Positions 46,840-57,009 of a stretch of DNA of 64,000 nt are shown here, one piece after another. How positions within the stretch are numbered: position 1 is the stretch's first letter; each line of letters begins with the position of its first letter. The stretch comes from an uncultured Nitrososphaerota archaeon (GTDB lineage: Archaea; Thermoproteota; Nitrososphaeria; Nitrososphaerales; Nitrosopumilaceae), in NCBI GenBank assembly GCA_963824385.1, contig CAWGPD010000002.1, positions 258,420 through 322,419 of the forward strand, written 5' to 3'. A program made the position numbers and the translations under genes. The notes beneath the pieces were generated by a model. It saw only the letters and a list, made by a program, of their open reading frames with translations. It did no database searches and was not told the DNA's origin.

Positions 46840-48380
46840 ATGGTACTAGAACTAAAGAAGCCCCGTCCAATTTGGCAGATAATGTTTTCAACACATCACA
46901 CAGATGTGGGTCTACTCTATCTAGTAACAGGTCTTGCATTCTTGTTTATGGCAGGAGTCTTGGCCATGTTGATAAGAACACACTTGTTCTTCCCAGGTCA
47001 GAACTTTCTCATCTCTGATTCTGTAACGTTTAACAGAATATTCACAGTTCACGGTCTTACAATGTTATTCTTGTTTGCACTTCCAGTTGCCAATGGAATT
47101 GGAAACTATCTAGTTCCACTCATGGTAAGATACAAAGACATGGCTTATCCAAAACTAAATGCAATTGCATTTTGGATGAATCCAATTGGCGGTGTATTGT
47201 TATGGCTTGGATTCTCTGACACATCTTGGGTTTCATATGCTCCATACTCTGTAATTAGAGCGCCAGGTCCAGCTGCCGACATGATGATATTTGGACTAAA
47301 GATTTTGGGCATCTCATCTATTCTATCTTCAATTAACTTTGTAGTCACAATTCTAAAATGTAAGCACCCAGATCTACCGTTGCGTAAAGTTCCGCTCTTT
47401 GCATGGTCAATGCTTACTGTATCTCTAATGACAATTGTTGCAATGCCATCATACGCTGCAGCATTAATCATGTTACTTACTGACAGACTTGGAGTATCAG
47501 GCTTCTTCAATCCAACTGCAGGAGGAGACCCAATTGCATACTTGCACTTGTTCTGGTTTACATTCCATCCTGAGGTGTATATCTTCTTGTTACCTGCAAT
47601 TGGAATGATGTATGAATTAATTCCTAGGTTTTCACGAAAGCCATTATACAGCCAAGGTAGTGGAGTCTTTGCATTTGTAATGCTTGGTATGATTGGATTT
47701 GCATCTTGGGGTCATCACATGTATTCTACAGGTATGGACTTTACAACCAAAGTCGTTTTCATGATTGGAACTTTACTGCAGTACCAGCATCTGGTATGCA
47801 TGTATTTAATTTCCTTGCAACAATGTGGGGAGGCAGAATCAAATTTGCAGCGCCTATGCTATTTGCAGTAGGTGGAATTGCACTATTCTTCTCTGCAGGC
47901 GCCGGTGGTGTTCTCAACTCTGCAATGCCGCTTGACTTTATCAGCCATGGAACTTATTGGGTAGTAGGACACATGCACTTGTTCCTCACAGGTACAATCG
48001 CATTTGGATTTGTCGGTATGGTATACTACATCTTCCCGTTCATTACTGGAAGAATGTACAATGAAAAACTTGGAAAAATTCATTTCGTTATGATGTTATG
48101 GGGAACAGTCCAAGTATTCTTTACACAGCACTTGCTTGGCCTTGAAGGAATGCCAAGAAGAGTTTATGATTATCCTCCAGAGTACACCTCTTGGGTACAA
48201 CTCAACCAGATTGCAACAGTAGGTGCATGGATTCTAGGTGGAGGATTTTTAGCGTTCTTGATTAACTTGATATATTCTTCCGCAAAGGGTAAGGAGGCTA
48301 ACATGGACGATCCATTTGGTCTTGGTGGCAAGTATTACTATCCACATACTGCCAAGAATCCACATCATATAGGATACTGA
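46840..48380 (+). CDS. coxA: Heme-copper oxidase subunit I (frameshift near 47775)
   Basis: FTVHG, WFTFHPEVY, WGHH, VVGHMH, GMPRR. Confidence 0.94.
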
Positions 48381-48381
48381 T

Positions 48382-49365
48382 ATGAGCCATACTGAAGAGC
48401 CAATACTTAGAACAAGCCCTGCTAGATTTGGAAAGCTATTAGCAATTTTAATTGGAATCATGGTTGTTGGCGGCATAATATTTTTTACAAATTATGATTA
48501 TTGGAATTCCTATCTTCCAACCGCTGGAAAAATTCAGGAAGGACTAAATTCACATGCAGCAAGCTGGAGGAACCGTTCAAGCAACAGGTAAAACAATTAA
48601 CGTATCTCTTGCTTTTGTAGAGTCTTCTGACTTTAAGGTATATGCATTTAACACCGTAGATCTTTCTGATCCAAATCATAATCCAACAGTTAATGCAAAT
48701 GTTGGAGACAAGCTAGTATTTGATGTAAAGAATTCTGGTAAATCATTTCATGCATTTGCAATAACTAATTCAACTTCAGGACCAGGTCCTGCTTTTGATG
48801 GTACAACAATTGGAACAGCCGATAATCCAATGAAACCAGGTTCATCAGGTGAAGTAACATTTGTTCCACCAGCAGCTGGTACATATTATTACATTTGTGC
48901 AGTCCCAGGACATAGAGAATTGGGTATGGAAGGTAAAATTATAGTAACAGCAGGCGCTGGTGGTAGTGCAGCTGCATCTGGTGCAGCAGTTGCTCCAACT
49001 GGAAACAAGGTAGAATTTACAGTTAAGCTTTTGTTATGAGTGATGACTTTAAACAATATGCATTTGATGCATTACCAGGTCAGCCAGGTACCAATCCTAC
49101 AATCACAGTAAAATCAGGTGATACTGTAACAATTCATGTAAAGAATGGCAGTAAATCATTCCACGCATTTGGAGTTGTTGCTGATCCAACTGACCCATCT
49201 GATGTATTATGGAATTCAGCAGCCGGAACACCAGATAATCCACTAAAGCCTGGCGCAAATCAGGATGTGACATTTGTAGCAGGTGCACCGGGAACATATC
49301 ATTATATCTGTACAGTTCCTGGACATGCACAACTTGGCATGGATGCTCCATTCATAGTTCAATAA
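48382..49365 (+). CDS. Membrane-anchored protein with two type-1 blue-copper domains (frameshifts near 48553 and 49033)
   Basis: FHAF...YICAVPGHRELGM and FHAF...YICTVPGHAQLGM; N-terminal TM helix in 48382..48591. Confidence 0.85.
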
Positions 49366-49811
49366 TGTACTTCAAGTATCTAGCACTTACTTCTCTAGTA
49401 ATTTTATACTCTCTAATGTTTATTGGAGGATATCTTCAAGCCAGTGGCCAGGGATTGACATGTCCTAACTGGCCTCTTTGCCCAAGTGGGATTTTACCAT
49501 CTGCCCAATTTCTAACTGAATGGATACACAGATTCATAGCAGCCACAACTGGAGTCTTGATAGTTGCAACTGCAGTAGGTGCATGGAAGACAAAAGGATC
49601 GCACAAAAAAATTAGAATTACTGGAACACTTGCAGGAGTCTTTGCAGTATCACAGATAGGTCTTGGAGCTATAGTGATTAATACAAAACTTCATGCAGTT
49701 ATAGTTGCAATTCATAACGGTGTTGGGATACTACTTTTTGCAATGACTTTACTTACTGTACTATTTGCATTTAGATTAGGACGTAGCCAAAAGATAGAGA
49801 CTAGTGCTTAG
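49365..49811 (+). CDS. ctaA: Heme A synthase (short CtaA/Cox15)
   Basis: GLTCPNWPLC, EWIHR, AIH. Confidence 0.85.
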   Translation: MYFKYLALTSLVILYSLMFIGGYLQASGQGLTCPNWPLCPSGILPSAQFLTEWIHRFIAATTGVLIVATAVGAWKTKGSHKKIRITGTLAGVFAVSQIGLGAIVINTKLHAVIVAIHNGVGILLFAMTLLTVLFAFRLGRSQKIETSA

Positions 49812-50356
49812 GTTTTACTTTTTTTCTTGTCATCAAAGCCCATACAACTATGACAAGAAATGCTATGCCGCCTGATGATATTATATATGGAAAAATATTA
49901 CCAAAGACATTGAGAATTGTAATATTAAATACATAAGTCAAAGTCTTACCATTTGGACCCACGTCATACAAATCAAAATCCACTACATGGTTTCCTGTTT
50001 CATGAAGTGTATAGTATGTTGACCATTCTCCTTTGTTGATATTTTGTACAGGAATGGTTCCCACAAGCTCGATCATTGTAATAAATTCTTAATCCCATTC
50101 TAAAATGATCTACTTCACTAATTTGTGTGTTAAGCGAGTTGAAAATATTTGATGCTGATTGGTGATTTAATACTCTGAAGCTTAACTTGAATGGGTGATT
50201 GGCCTCTGGTATCTCTGGGTCTGTAGCTACTTGAAGTTCATAATTTCCTATAGTTTCATCTTCAGAGTTTAGATTGTTGTGAGCACTGGCAAAATTTGTT
50301 GTTGGAAATAGTAAAAGAGCTATAACCACAAGAGCGGTAAAACGTATATCAGTCAC
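49801..50356 (-). CDS. Exported, membrane-anchored hypothetical protein (frameshift near 50075)
   Basis: Signal peptide ending ASA-H in 50000..50356; C-terminal TM plus basic tail in 49801..50076. Confidence 0.6.
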
Positions 50357-50454
50357 TATTATTTTGAGACTGTTTTCTTTAATATAATGCTACAACATCC
50401 TCCGATCTGTGGAAATTAACAAAAGCTTTAAATCAAGTTCTACGAAAACTGCCA

Positions 50455-51063
50455 ATGATGACCACTGTTAGTAAAACAATAGACATCAAAGAAAAAACCT
50501 TGAACGTTTTTACATACTTTGCAAGACCTGAACACATCTCTGACCAGTTCTTAGAGAGCGAGGAGAGAGTAGGAATGACAGTAGTTCCTATGGATGTTAA
50601 GGCAGGTATGGGAGTAGGTACAACATTTAGAGTAATAGGCGACTTTGATGGCAAGAGACTAGAGTGGGACTGTGAGACAACAGAATACATTCCAGAAAGA
50701 AAGGTTGCTGCTAAAATGATCAAGGGTCCATTTAAGAAATGGGAGATTGCAGTTAATTTTGAGGAACTTGGCGAGAAACTAACCCGAGTTACCATGAAAG
50801 TAAATTATGACATGCCATTTGGTCCTCTTGGTGCAATTATGGACAAGGCAAAGTTTGCAAAGATTGCAGAAAAGGGAATGGAAACTGCTTTGTACAGAGT
50901 AAGAGGCTTGTTGGAAGGAAACGGCTCAATTCCTGTGTATATCACATTAGATGCATACAGAAAACTCTTGGCAGAGAAAGAAAAGATGAACAATGCTCCA
51001 GTCTCTACTGTGCTGACAACTATACTTGAGAAATATTCTCAAATAGAAACAGCAAAAATCTAA
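50455..51063 (+). CDS. SRPBCC/START-fold (polyketide-cyclase-like) protein with short C-terminal extension
   Basis: GVGTTF, EYIPERKV...GPFKKW, TRVT..YDMPFG pattern. Confidence 0.75.
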   Translation: MMTTVSKTIDIKEKTLNVFTYFARPEHISDQFLESEERVGMTVVPMDVKAGMGVGTTFRVIGDFDGKRLEWDCETTEYIPERKVAAKMIKGPFKKWEIAVNFEELGEKLTRVTMKVNYDMPFGPLGAIMDKAKFAKIAEKGMETALYRVRGLLEGNGSIPVYITLDAYRKLLAEKEKMNNAPVSTVLTTILEKYSQIETAKI

Positions 51064-51120
51064 AATTATTTTCTTTTTGACTCAAGTTTAAATAACGAAC
51101 TTTGCGTGAGTCTCTTTACC

Positions 51121-51209
51121 GGGTCTATGGCTCAGCCAGGTAGAGCGAGGGACTCTTAAGATCTTTCGGAGATATCCCTATGTCGTGGGTCCAAATCCCA
51201 CTAGACCCG
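51121..51209 (+). tRNA. tRNA-Lys(CTT) with a 15-nt intron at the canonical 37/38 position (51159-51173)
   Basis: GGGTCTA/TAGACCC acceptor stem; AGGGA-CT-CTT-A[intron]A-TCCCT; BHB formed by CTCT:GGAG flanked by 3-nt bulges. Confidence 0.92.
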
Positions 51210-51389
51210 CTTCTTTACTAGTTCTAAAATGGAATTTTTCATTATGTGATTTTATGCAGTCTGACCTAATTCTCTAGTCGGTTATTCAGATAATTATTAC
51301 ATAAAATAAAATCTAGATAAAATCATCACAAACATTGTTCACTTACATTGTTTGGCAAGATCTTTATTGATTAAATTAACTCAAATAGC

Positions 51390-52025
51390 ATGACGCAACT
51401 TGGGCAAGATGAGCCAAGTAGTACTGATAAAAATGCCCTGACAAGACGTGACTTTTTAAAATTACTTGCAGCTGGAGGTGTTGCACTTACATTTACTCCG
51501 TTTATTCCATGGGGGCAATTTATGCCAAATCCGGATAATACTGTCCCAGCAAAGCAACAAGTAGTGTTATCCGATGGCACTAATGCAAACATCAATACAT
51601 TTCCAGTAAACCATAGCGAGATTATCATTTATCCATCATCAACGGATACAGTTCTTAATACAGAGCCATTTCGACAGTGGCAGCTAATTAGATTGCCTTC
51701 AGACCTTGGAGGCTCTGCAAATGATGTTACTGCATTTAGAGTTTATAGCATGGTATGCTTGCACCTGTGGTGCCTCTGGAGATATGTACCTAGTACTACA
51801 CAGCAACCTGCTAACAATGGTCAATGCCCATGTCACGGAAGCATGTATAATCCATTAAACGGAAAAGCCTTTGCAGGACCTGCCTCACTCCAAGCTTCAC
51901 CATCAAATGTGCTTGCAACTTTATATCTTGAGGCAGATAGTGACAACTACCTCTGGATAAAGCCAGCTACTTGGAGCCTTTATGACAATGGCATAGTAGG
52001 TTATGGACGTTTTCTTCCAACCTGA
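51390..52025 (+). CDS. Tat-exported Rieske [2Fe-2S] protein
   Basis: TRRDFLK twin-arginine signal; CLHLWC and CPCHGS boxes. Confidence 0.9.
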   Translation: MTQLGQDEPSSTDKNALTRRDFLKLLAAGGVALTFTPFIPWGQFMPNPDNTVPAKQQVVLSDGTNANINTFPVNHSEIIIYPSSTDTVLNTEPFRQWQLIRLPSDLGGSANDVTAFRVYSMVCLHLWCLWRYVPSTTQQPANNGQCPCHGSMYNPLNGKAFAGPASLQASPSNVLATLYLEADSDNYLWIKPATWSLYDNGIVGYGRFLPT

Positions 52026-52313
52026 GTCTATTTGATGGATTGAAAAATCATTTGAAACATTTTGTAATTTTTCCAAGACAAGTTTTGATTTTATACACTG
52101 ATTGTTAGGACAAATGAATTTTGGAATATCTAATTATAAAAAAACCGGCAGATCTATAAAGAGGGATCTTGGAGTTTTGCAAAGACATGAAAGAATTACA
52201 ACAGTGGTGGAAAGGTTTGGTTAAAGAACTTGATGAAGATATAGAAAATAATACAACACTACAAACTGCATAATCCTAGAAAAACATCATACAAAAATTA
52301 ATTATTTTATAAT

Positions 52314-52469
52314 TCAATGAGTGCACTGACAATCAACAAGTTTAGTGTCAAATGTACAATCATGAGGACCGTCTGATTTTCCATATGTAGGAATTTTTTT
52401 CATACAATCATTGTGACGACCTTTTCTACAAAACCAACAAATTGGATTGGCAGTTTCATTACATTCCAT
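52314..52469 (-). CDS. Small Cys/His-rich protein (51 aa)
   Basis: Manual translation MECNETANPICWFCRKGRHNDCMKKIPTYGKSDGPHDCTFDTKLVDCQCTH. Confidence 0.6.
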   Translation of the reverse strand: MECNETANPICWFCRKGRHNDCMKKIPTYGKSDGPHDCTFDTKLVDCQCTH

Positions 52470-52475
52470 GTTTTT

Positions 52476-52637
52476 CTAAAAGATAGTTACATCTCCAGGT
52501 GTAGGAGAATGATCACTTGAATCCTTGTGAAATTCCACAAATTCTTTATGTGTATTATCTTGATGTTTTCTTAATTCTTCTAAATTTTCAAACACATTGC
52601 TGCATAGATGACACTTTGGTTTGTGCTGATCAACCAT
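52476..52637 (-). CDS. Small C2H2 zinc-finger protein (53 aa)
   Basis: Manual translation MVDQHKPKCHLCSNVFENLEELRKHQDNTHKEF... (C-x2-C-x12-H-x4-H). Confidence 0.72.
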   Translation of the reverse strand: MVDQHKPKCHLCSNVFENLEELRKHQDNTHKEFVEFHKDSSDHSPTPGDVTIF

Positions 52638-52692
52638 TGACAGTACCATCAAGTGATATTATACGGTTTGGCATAATTGAATCTTTCAGGTT

Positions 52693-53607
52693 TTAGATTG
52701 GAGTGAACCACTCTTGATAACGCTCATCTTTTCCTCTTGAAACCTCATAGAAAACATCTTGTAACTTGCGTGTAACATGTCCTAGTTTACCGTCGCCTAT
52801 GGGTACATTGTCAATCTCAGTCACTGATTTTACTTCAGCTGCAGTTCCAGTCATAAATACCTCGTCTGCTACATAGAGATCCTCTCTGTCAACATCTCTT
52901 TCAATTACTGAAAATCCCTCTGACCTTGCTATTTTGATTACACTGTCTCTTGTTATTCCATCCAAGATTCCTGCACTAAGTGGAGGTGTTGAGATCTCTC
53001 CTTTATTTACAATGAAAATATTTTCTGCACTTCCTTCTGATACTTTGCCGTGATAATTTAGCATGATTGCTTCATCATAACCATCTCTTAATGCTTCAAC
53101 TCTTGCAAGTGCAGCATTTGCATAATTTGATGCAGCCTTTGCTTGCATTGGTTGAGACCTTGAATCTATTCTAAGCCAACTTGATACTTTGCATCTTGCT
53201 CCATGTACCTTTCCTGCACTAGACTCACCAAGATTCCATTCCCAGCAAGTGACTGCAACTTCAACTTTATTTGGAGTTGGTGTAAGGCCCATTACACCAT
53301 GACCGTAATATGCAATGGGTCTGATGTAGCATTCTTTTAATTTACTTGCTTTTACTGTCTTGATAATTCCATCCGAAATTTCTTTTTGAGAAAAAGGCAT
53401 CTTCATTGAATACATTTTTGCAGACTTGAACAATCTGTTTACATGTTCTGGCAATCTAAAAATCATTGGACCCATTGGAGTGTTGTAACATCGTATTCCC
53501 TCAAAAATTGCAGTTGAATAATGTAATGCATGGGTAAGGACATGGACCTTTGCATTTTTGTATGGCACAAGTTTTCCGTTCATCCAAATCTTACCTGGCT
53601 CTTTCAT
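52693..53607 (-). CDS. ilvE: Branched-chain amino acid aminotransferase
   Basis: HALHY..IFEG, YIRP, AKAASNY, EGSAENIF, ILDGITR, TGTAAEV. Confidence 0.95.
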   Translation of the reverse strand: MKEPGKIWMNGKLVPYKNAKVHVLTHALHYSTAIFEGIRCYNTPMGPMIFRLPEHVNRLFKSAKMYSMKMPFSQKEISDGIIKTVKASKLKECYIRPIAYYGHGVMGLTPTPNKVEVAVTCWEWNLGESSAGKVHGARCKVSSWLRIDSRSQPMQAKAASNYANAALARVEALRDGYDEAIMLNYHGKVSEGSAENIFIVNKGEISTPPLSAGILDGITRDSVIKIARSEGFSVIERDVDREDLYVADEVFMTGTAAEVKSVTEIDNVPIGDGKLGHVTRKLQDVFYEVSRGKDERYQEWFTPI

Positions 53608-53696
53608 ACAAAATTAGATAGGGTTTGGTAATTTAAAGAATTAATCAAATCTAATTATCATCACTGAAAAGACATGACTGTCTTTAAATCACAGAC

Positions 53697-53924
53697 ATGC
53701 CATGGTTTCTTATGGCACCACAACCTGTTCTGTCAATAATCTCTGTTGTCTTGTTTGTTATCGGTCTTGTTGGCAATGGATTTGAGATGAGAAAGATTCG
53801 CCTGTCTACAGCAGAAGGGCAGCTTGCACCAAAGAATGCATTTCTTGACAGGCGCAACTTCAAGTGGTATGCATTGATTGGGATTGCACTCGTACTATGG
53901 GCAATCAACGGTTCCTATACATGA
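53697..53924 (+). CDS. Small two-TM membrane protein
   Basis: Two hydrophobic helices, ATG start. Confidence 0.6.
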   Translation: MPWFLMAPQPVLSIISVVLFVIGLVGNGFEMRKIRLSTAEGQLAPKNAFLDRRNFKWYALIGIALVLWAINGSYT

Positions 53925-54259
53925 TCTATATAGATCAGGTCTAAATATTTCCTTGCCGTACCAAGTATAGCGCGTGTTTTGGGTAACGCCGAGCTGATTC
54001 TAGATAAAGAGGCTCAAGAATAAACCCACATTGAAATCCCTACAGGTATAGGCTTGTAGGGGTTAAATGTTGTACAAATTTTGATATACCAAAGATAGAA
54101 ATTCCAGTAAATAATCCTGATTTTTGTATATGGTTTTAAGAAAGACTGGAAAACACAAACGAAAAGCAGATCAAAGAGCTGCACGCAGAAAAAGAAAAAA
54201 GTAAAACCGTCGTTTTAATTTTATAATATAAAAATTATTCCGGTGATATTATTTTTCAG

Positions 54260-55696
54260 TTAAACAAATTTTATTTTTGATCTTTCAGCATGAACTGCAC
54301 GGATTGCTTTTTCTATGTTATCCCCACTATCCTCAATAATTATTATGATTCGAGATGTTTCTTCCTGGGCATCCATGTTAAGTATGTTCAAGCCCACCTC
54401 GCCTATTCTAGAACTTGCCTTTGACGCAACTTGCTGAACACGCCACATTTCATCCCCAATTAAAGTAATAACACCTCGATTGTAAGTAATAGATGCTAAT
54501 GGATCAAATCCCAAGATGTATCTTTCATTGCGCTTGACATAATCGCCATCTAGAAATAATATTCTTGTAAATTCTATATCGTCTTTAGTAAATGGTGACA
54601 AGACTACAAACTCACTATATCTTTTATCTTTGTCAAGTGAATGGAACAATCTTTCAGAAGCATCCTTTTCAATTCTAACAATCGCACAATTTTTTTTCCC
54701 TGTAACTATTTTAAGTGGATGACCATTTTTTTCTCCAAGTTTTCTTTCAATTGTTGTTATCTTTTCAGGTTTGCTCATGTCAGTAATTATTATTGGCATT
54801 TCTACACCATTTTCCACAATCTCTTTTATTGCAATTGGATCTAGAATCTTCATTCCAAACATTCCTGCAATTCTTGCTTCATTATATGAGAGGTGAGTAA
54901 TACTTTCTAGTTCTTCTTTGACAACTCGTGGGTCTGCAGATAATACTGCACTATCCTTCTCAAAATCAATTCTGGTATGGTATTTTTTATTAAATAAAAT
55001 GCCAAGGTCTGCTGCTGTTCTGTCAGAGCCTCCTCTCTCATACGTTGTCTCTATTCCATCTGTTGTCTTTCCGATAAATCCACCTATTGTCAAGACATCA
55101 TTTCTTTCTAGCAATTTTTCAACATCATTCATTATATCCAAAGACTCGGTGGCAAGAAAATTTGCAGATTCTAAATTATTATCTGTTATAATGGGCCATA
55201 TGTCAAATGTGATAACTTCTGACTTTATACCAGAACTTTTCAAGACATAATTCATAACTTGTGACATTAACATCTCGCCTGAATATGCAAGTAATCTTGC
55301 CCTGATTTCATTAGCAAATTCTCTTTTTTGTAGTGTTTCTGTTAACGAGGTTTCGGCCTTTGCTAAAAAAGAGTCGATTATTCTATTACATTCACTTTGA
55401 AACGTCTTGTCTATTAATTCGACAATTTTTTGGTATGGCTTTTTTAGAATATCAATACTAACACTCTCTCCCTTTTCTGCCATACGTCCAATCTCAAGTG
55501 CAATGTCGGTAAGCGATCTCTGTTTTCCGTTGTATGTTGTAAGGGGGGCAGAAAATACTGCAATCACTTTAGAGTCTTTTTTTAATTCATTTATTCTTCT
55601 AATGATTGTTGGAATTAATACCCCGTCTACACCAACTGCACTTCCACCAAATTTTGAAATAATCAGGTTTTCCAAAACTTGGTTTTCTGTCTTCAA
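54260..55696 (-). CDS. lysC: Aspartate kinase
   Basis: KFGGS, SGE, RGGSDRTAA, ADPR, C-terminal ACT-like region. Confidence 0.88.
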   Translation of the reverse strand: MKTENQVLENLIISKFGGSAVGVDGVLIPTIIRRINELKKDSKVIAVFSAPLTTYNGKQRSLTDIALEIGRMAEKGESVSIDILKKPYQKIVELIDKTFQSECNRIIDSFLAKAETSLTETLQKREFANEIRARLLAYSGEMLMSQVMNYVLKSSGIKSEVITFDIWPIITDNNLESANFLATESLDIMNDVEKLLERNDVLTIGGFIGKTTDGIETTYERGGSDRTAADLGILFNKKYHTRIDFEKDSAVLSADPRVVKEELESITHLSYNEARIAGMFGMKILDPIAIKEIVENGVEMPIIITDMSKPEKITTIERKLGEKNGHPLKIVTGKKNCAIVRIEKDASERLFHSLDKDKRYSEFVVLSPFTKDDIEFTRILFLDGDYVKRNERYILGFDPLASITYNRGVITLIGDEMWRVQQVASKASSRIGEVGLNILNMDAQEETSRIIIIIEDSGDNIEKAIRAVHAERSKIKFV

Positions 55697-55759
55697 ATCC
55701 TTCTATAAAGTATTGGATATTTTTAGCATCATACATTGTATTAATTTCCAACAAAATGA

Positions 55760-56776
55760 TTAGGATAGAAAATCTCTTATAAAATCTGACGCCCTTTTTG
55801 CTCCATCAACAGACTGTGGATTTCTTGTCTGGTTGATCTTTTCCTTGATTAATTTATCCAGATGAAAAATGTCATCATACTCATATCCTATCTCCTTTGC
55901 ATTCTCCTCTTGCTCAAAATGTCCCTTTATTGGAATAAATATTCCAGGGGTTCCATAATATTTTGATTCATCTATGGTGGATTTTCCAGCAAGTGAGATG
56001 ACTAAATCTGCAGCAAATACAACTTCATGCAAATTATTTACAAATCCTAGATTTCTGATATGTGGCAGATCTAAATTAAGAGATGGACCAGATACAATAA
56101 CTAGTTCTACATCAAGCTCCATTTTTGGATAAACATCAAGAATTTTTTCTATCAAAAATCTACCAGAATCAGTTCCACCAATGCTTACTACAATTGTTTT
56201 TTTATTAAACCCAAACTTTTCTCTTAATTGTTCTCGCGATTGTAATGTTTTGCGAACTATTGGTCCAACTCTGACTATATTTCCTTCATCCTTTCCATTT
56301 TCAGGTAAAATTACAAGATTACATTTTTCAATTATTTTCTTCATTGACTTGTTCATTTGAGATTCAATAATAGAACCAATTCCTTTTGCAAATTTTGTTT
56401 CAAGTATATCAGTTACCAAAATGGTTTTGATTCTTTTCTCTTGAGCTATAACTAGTGATGCAAAGTCTTCATCACTTATGACAAGTTTTGGGCAATAGGT
56501 TTCAAGTATTTGTGATGAGATTACTTTACATTCCTTGTAATATGAATAATATCTAAAAAGCCACTTTAGAGGATGTTTGAGATTACCGTTTTCAATTTGA
56601 AAAGGGGGAGGTTTGTATAGATTGTCTACATCAAAGCCATTTTGTGAGATAAATTCAGAAGCAACTCCTCCACTTACAAATTTTTTTGTTATTCCATCCA
56701 AATTATGAGATATTGCAACATCTCTTGTTGCATGTCCTAATCCTGTAGGGCTAGAGAAAAAAACTAGGTCTGACAT
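55760..56776 (-). CDS. GT-B glycosyltransferase (MurG/GT28-like)
   Basis: GLGHATR, SIGGT, ADLVISLAGKSTI.E, HFEQ..NA. Confidence 0.85.
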   Translation of the reverse strand: MSDLVFFSSPTGLGHATRDVAISHNLDGITKKFVSGGVASEFISQNGFDVDNLYKPPPFQIENGNLKHPLKWLFRYYSYYKECKVISSQILETYCPKLVISDEDFASLVIAQEKRIKTILVTDILETKFAKGIGSIIESQMNKSMKKIIEKCNLVILPENGKDEGNIVRVGPIVRKTLQSREQLREKFGFNKKTIVVSIGGTDSGRFLIEKILDVYPKMELDVELVIVSGPSLNLDLPHIRNLGFVNNLHEVVFAADLVISLAGKSTIDESKYYGTPGIFIPIKGHFEQEENAKEIGYEYDDIFHLDKLIKEKINQTRNPQSVDGAKRASDFIRDFLS

Positions 56777-56864
56777 GACTGAAATTTAATCAATGTATAA
56801 TTTCTTCATTTTTATTTTTGAATAATTCTCAAAGTTTAAATGCATTTTAAATGGAGTTTGCCTT

Positions 56865-56939
56865 GGGTTCATAGTCCAGACCGGTTATGACGTCGCCCTT
56901 ACACGGCGAAGATCCAGGGTTCAAATCCCTGTGGACCCA
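56865..56939 (+). tRNA. tRNA-Val(TAC); probable integration site
   Basis: GGGTTCATAGTCCAGACCGGTTATGACG-TCGCC-CTTACAC-GGCGA-AGATCCAGGGTTCAAATCCCTGTGGACCCA. Confidence 0.95.
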
Positions 56940-57009
56940 TTTACTGCAGTATCCGGAACCCCGTTCTAAACCCCTTAAATTCAACACAAATCCTTGTCTG
57001 CGAAAACAA

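Noticed and set aside
52114..52273. Possible small plus-strand gene (…KELQQWWKGLVKELDEDIE…)
   Set aside because: Needs a frameshift to assemble and has no recognisable motif; not supportable from sequence alone.
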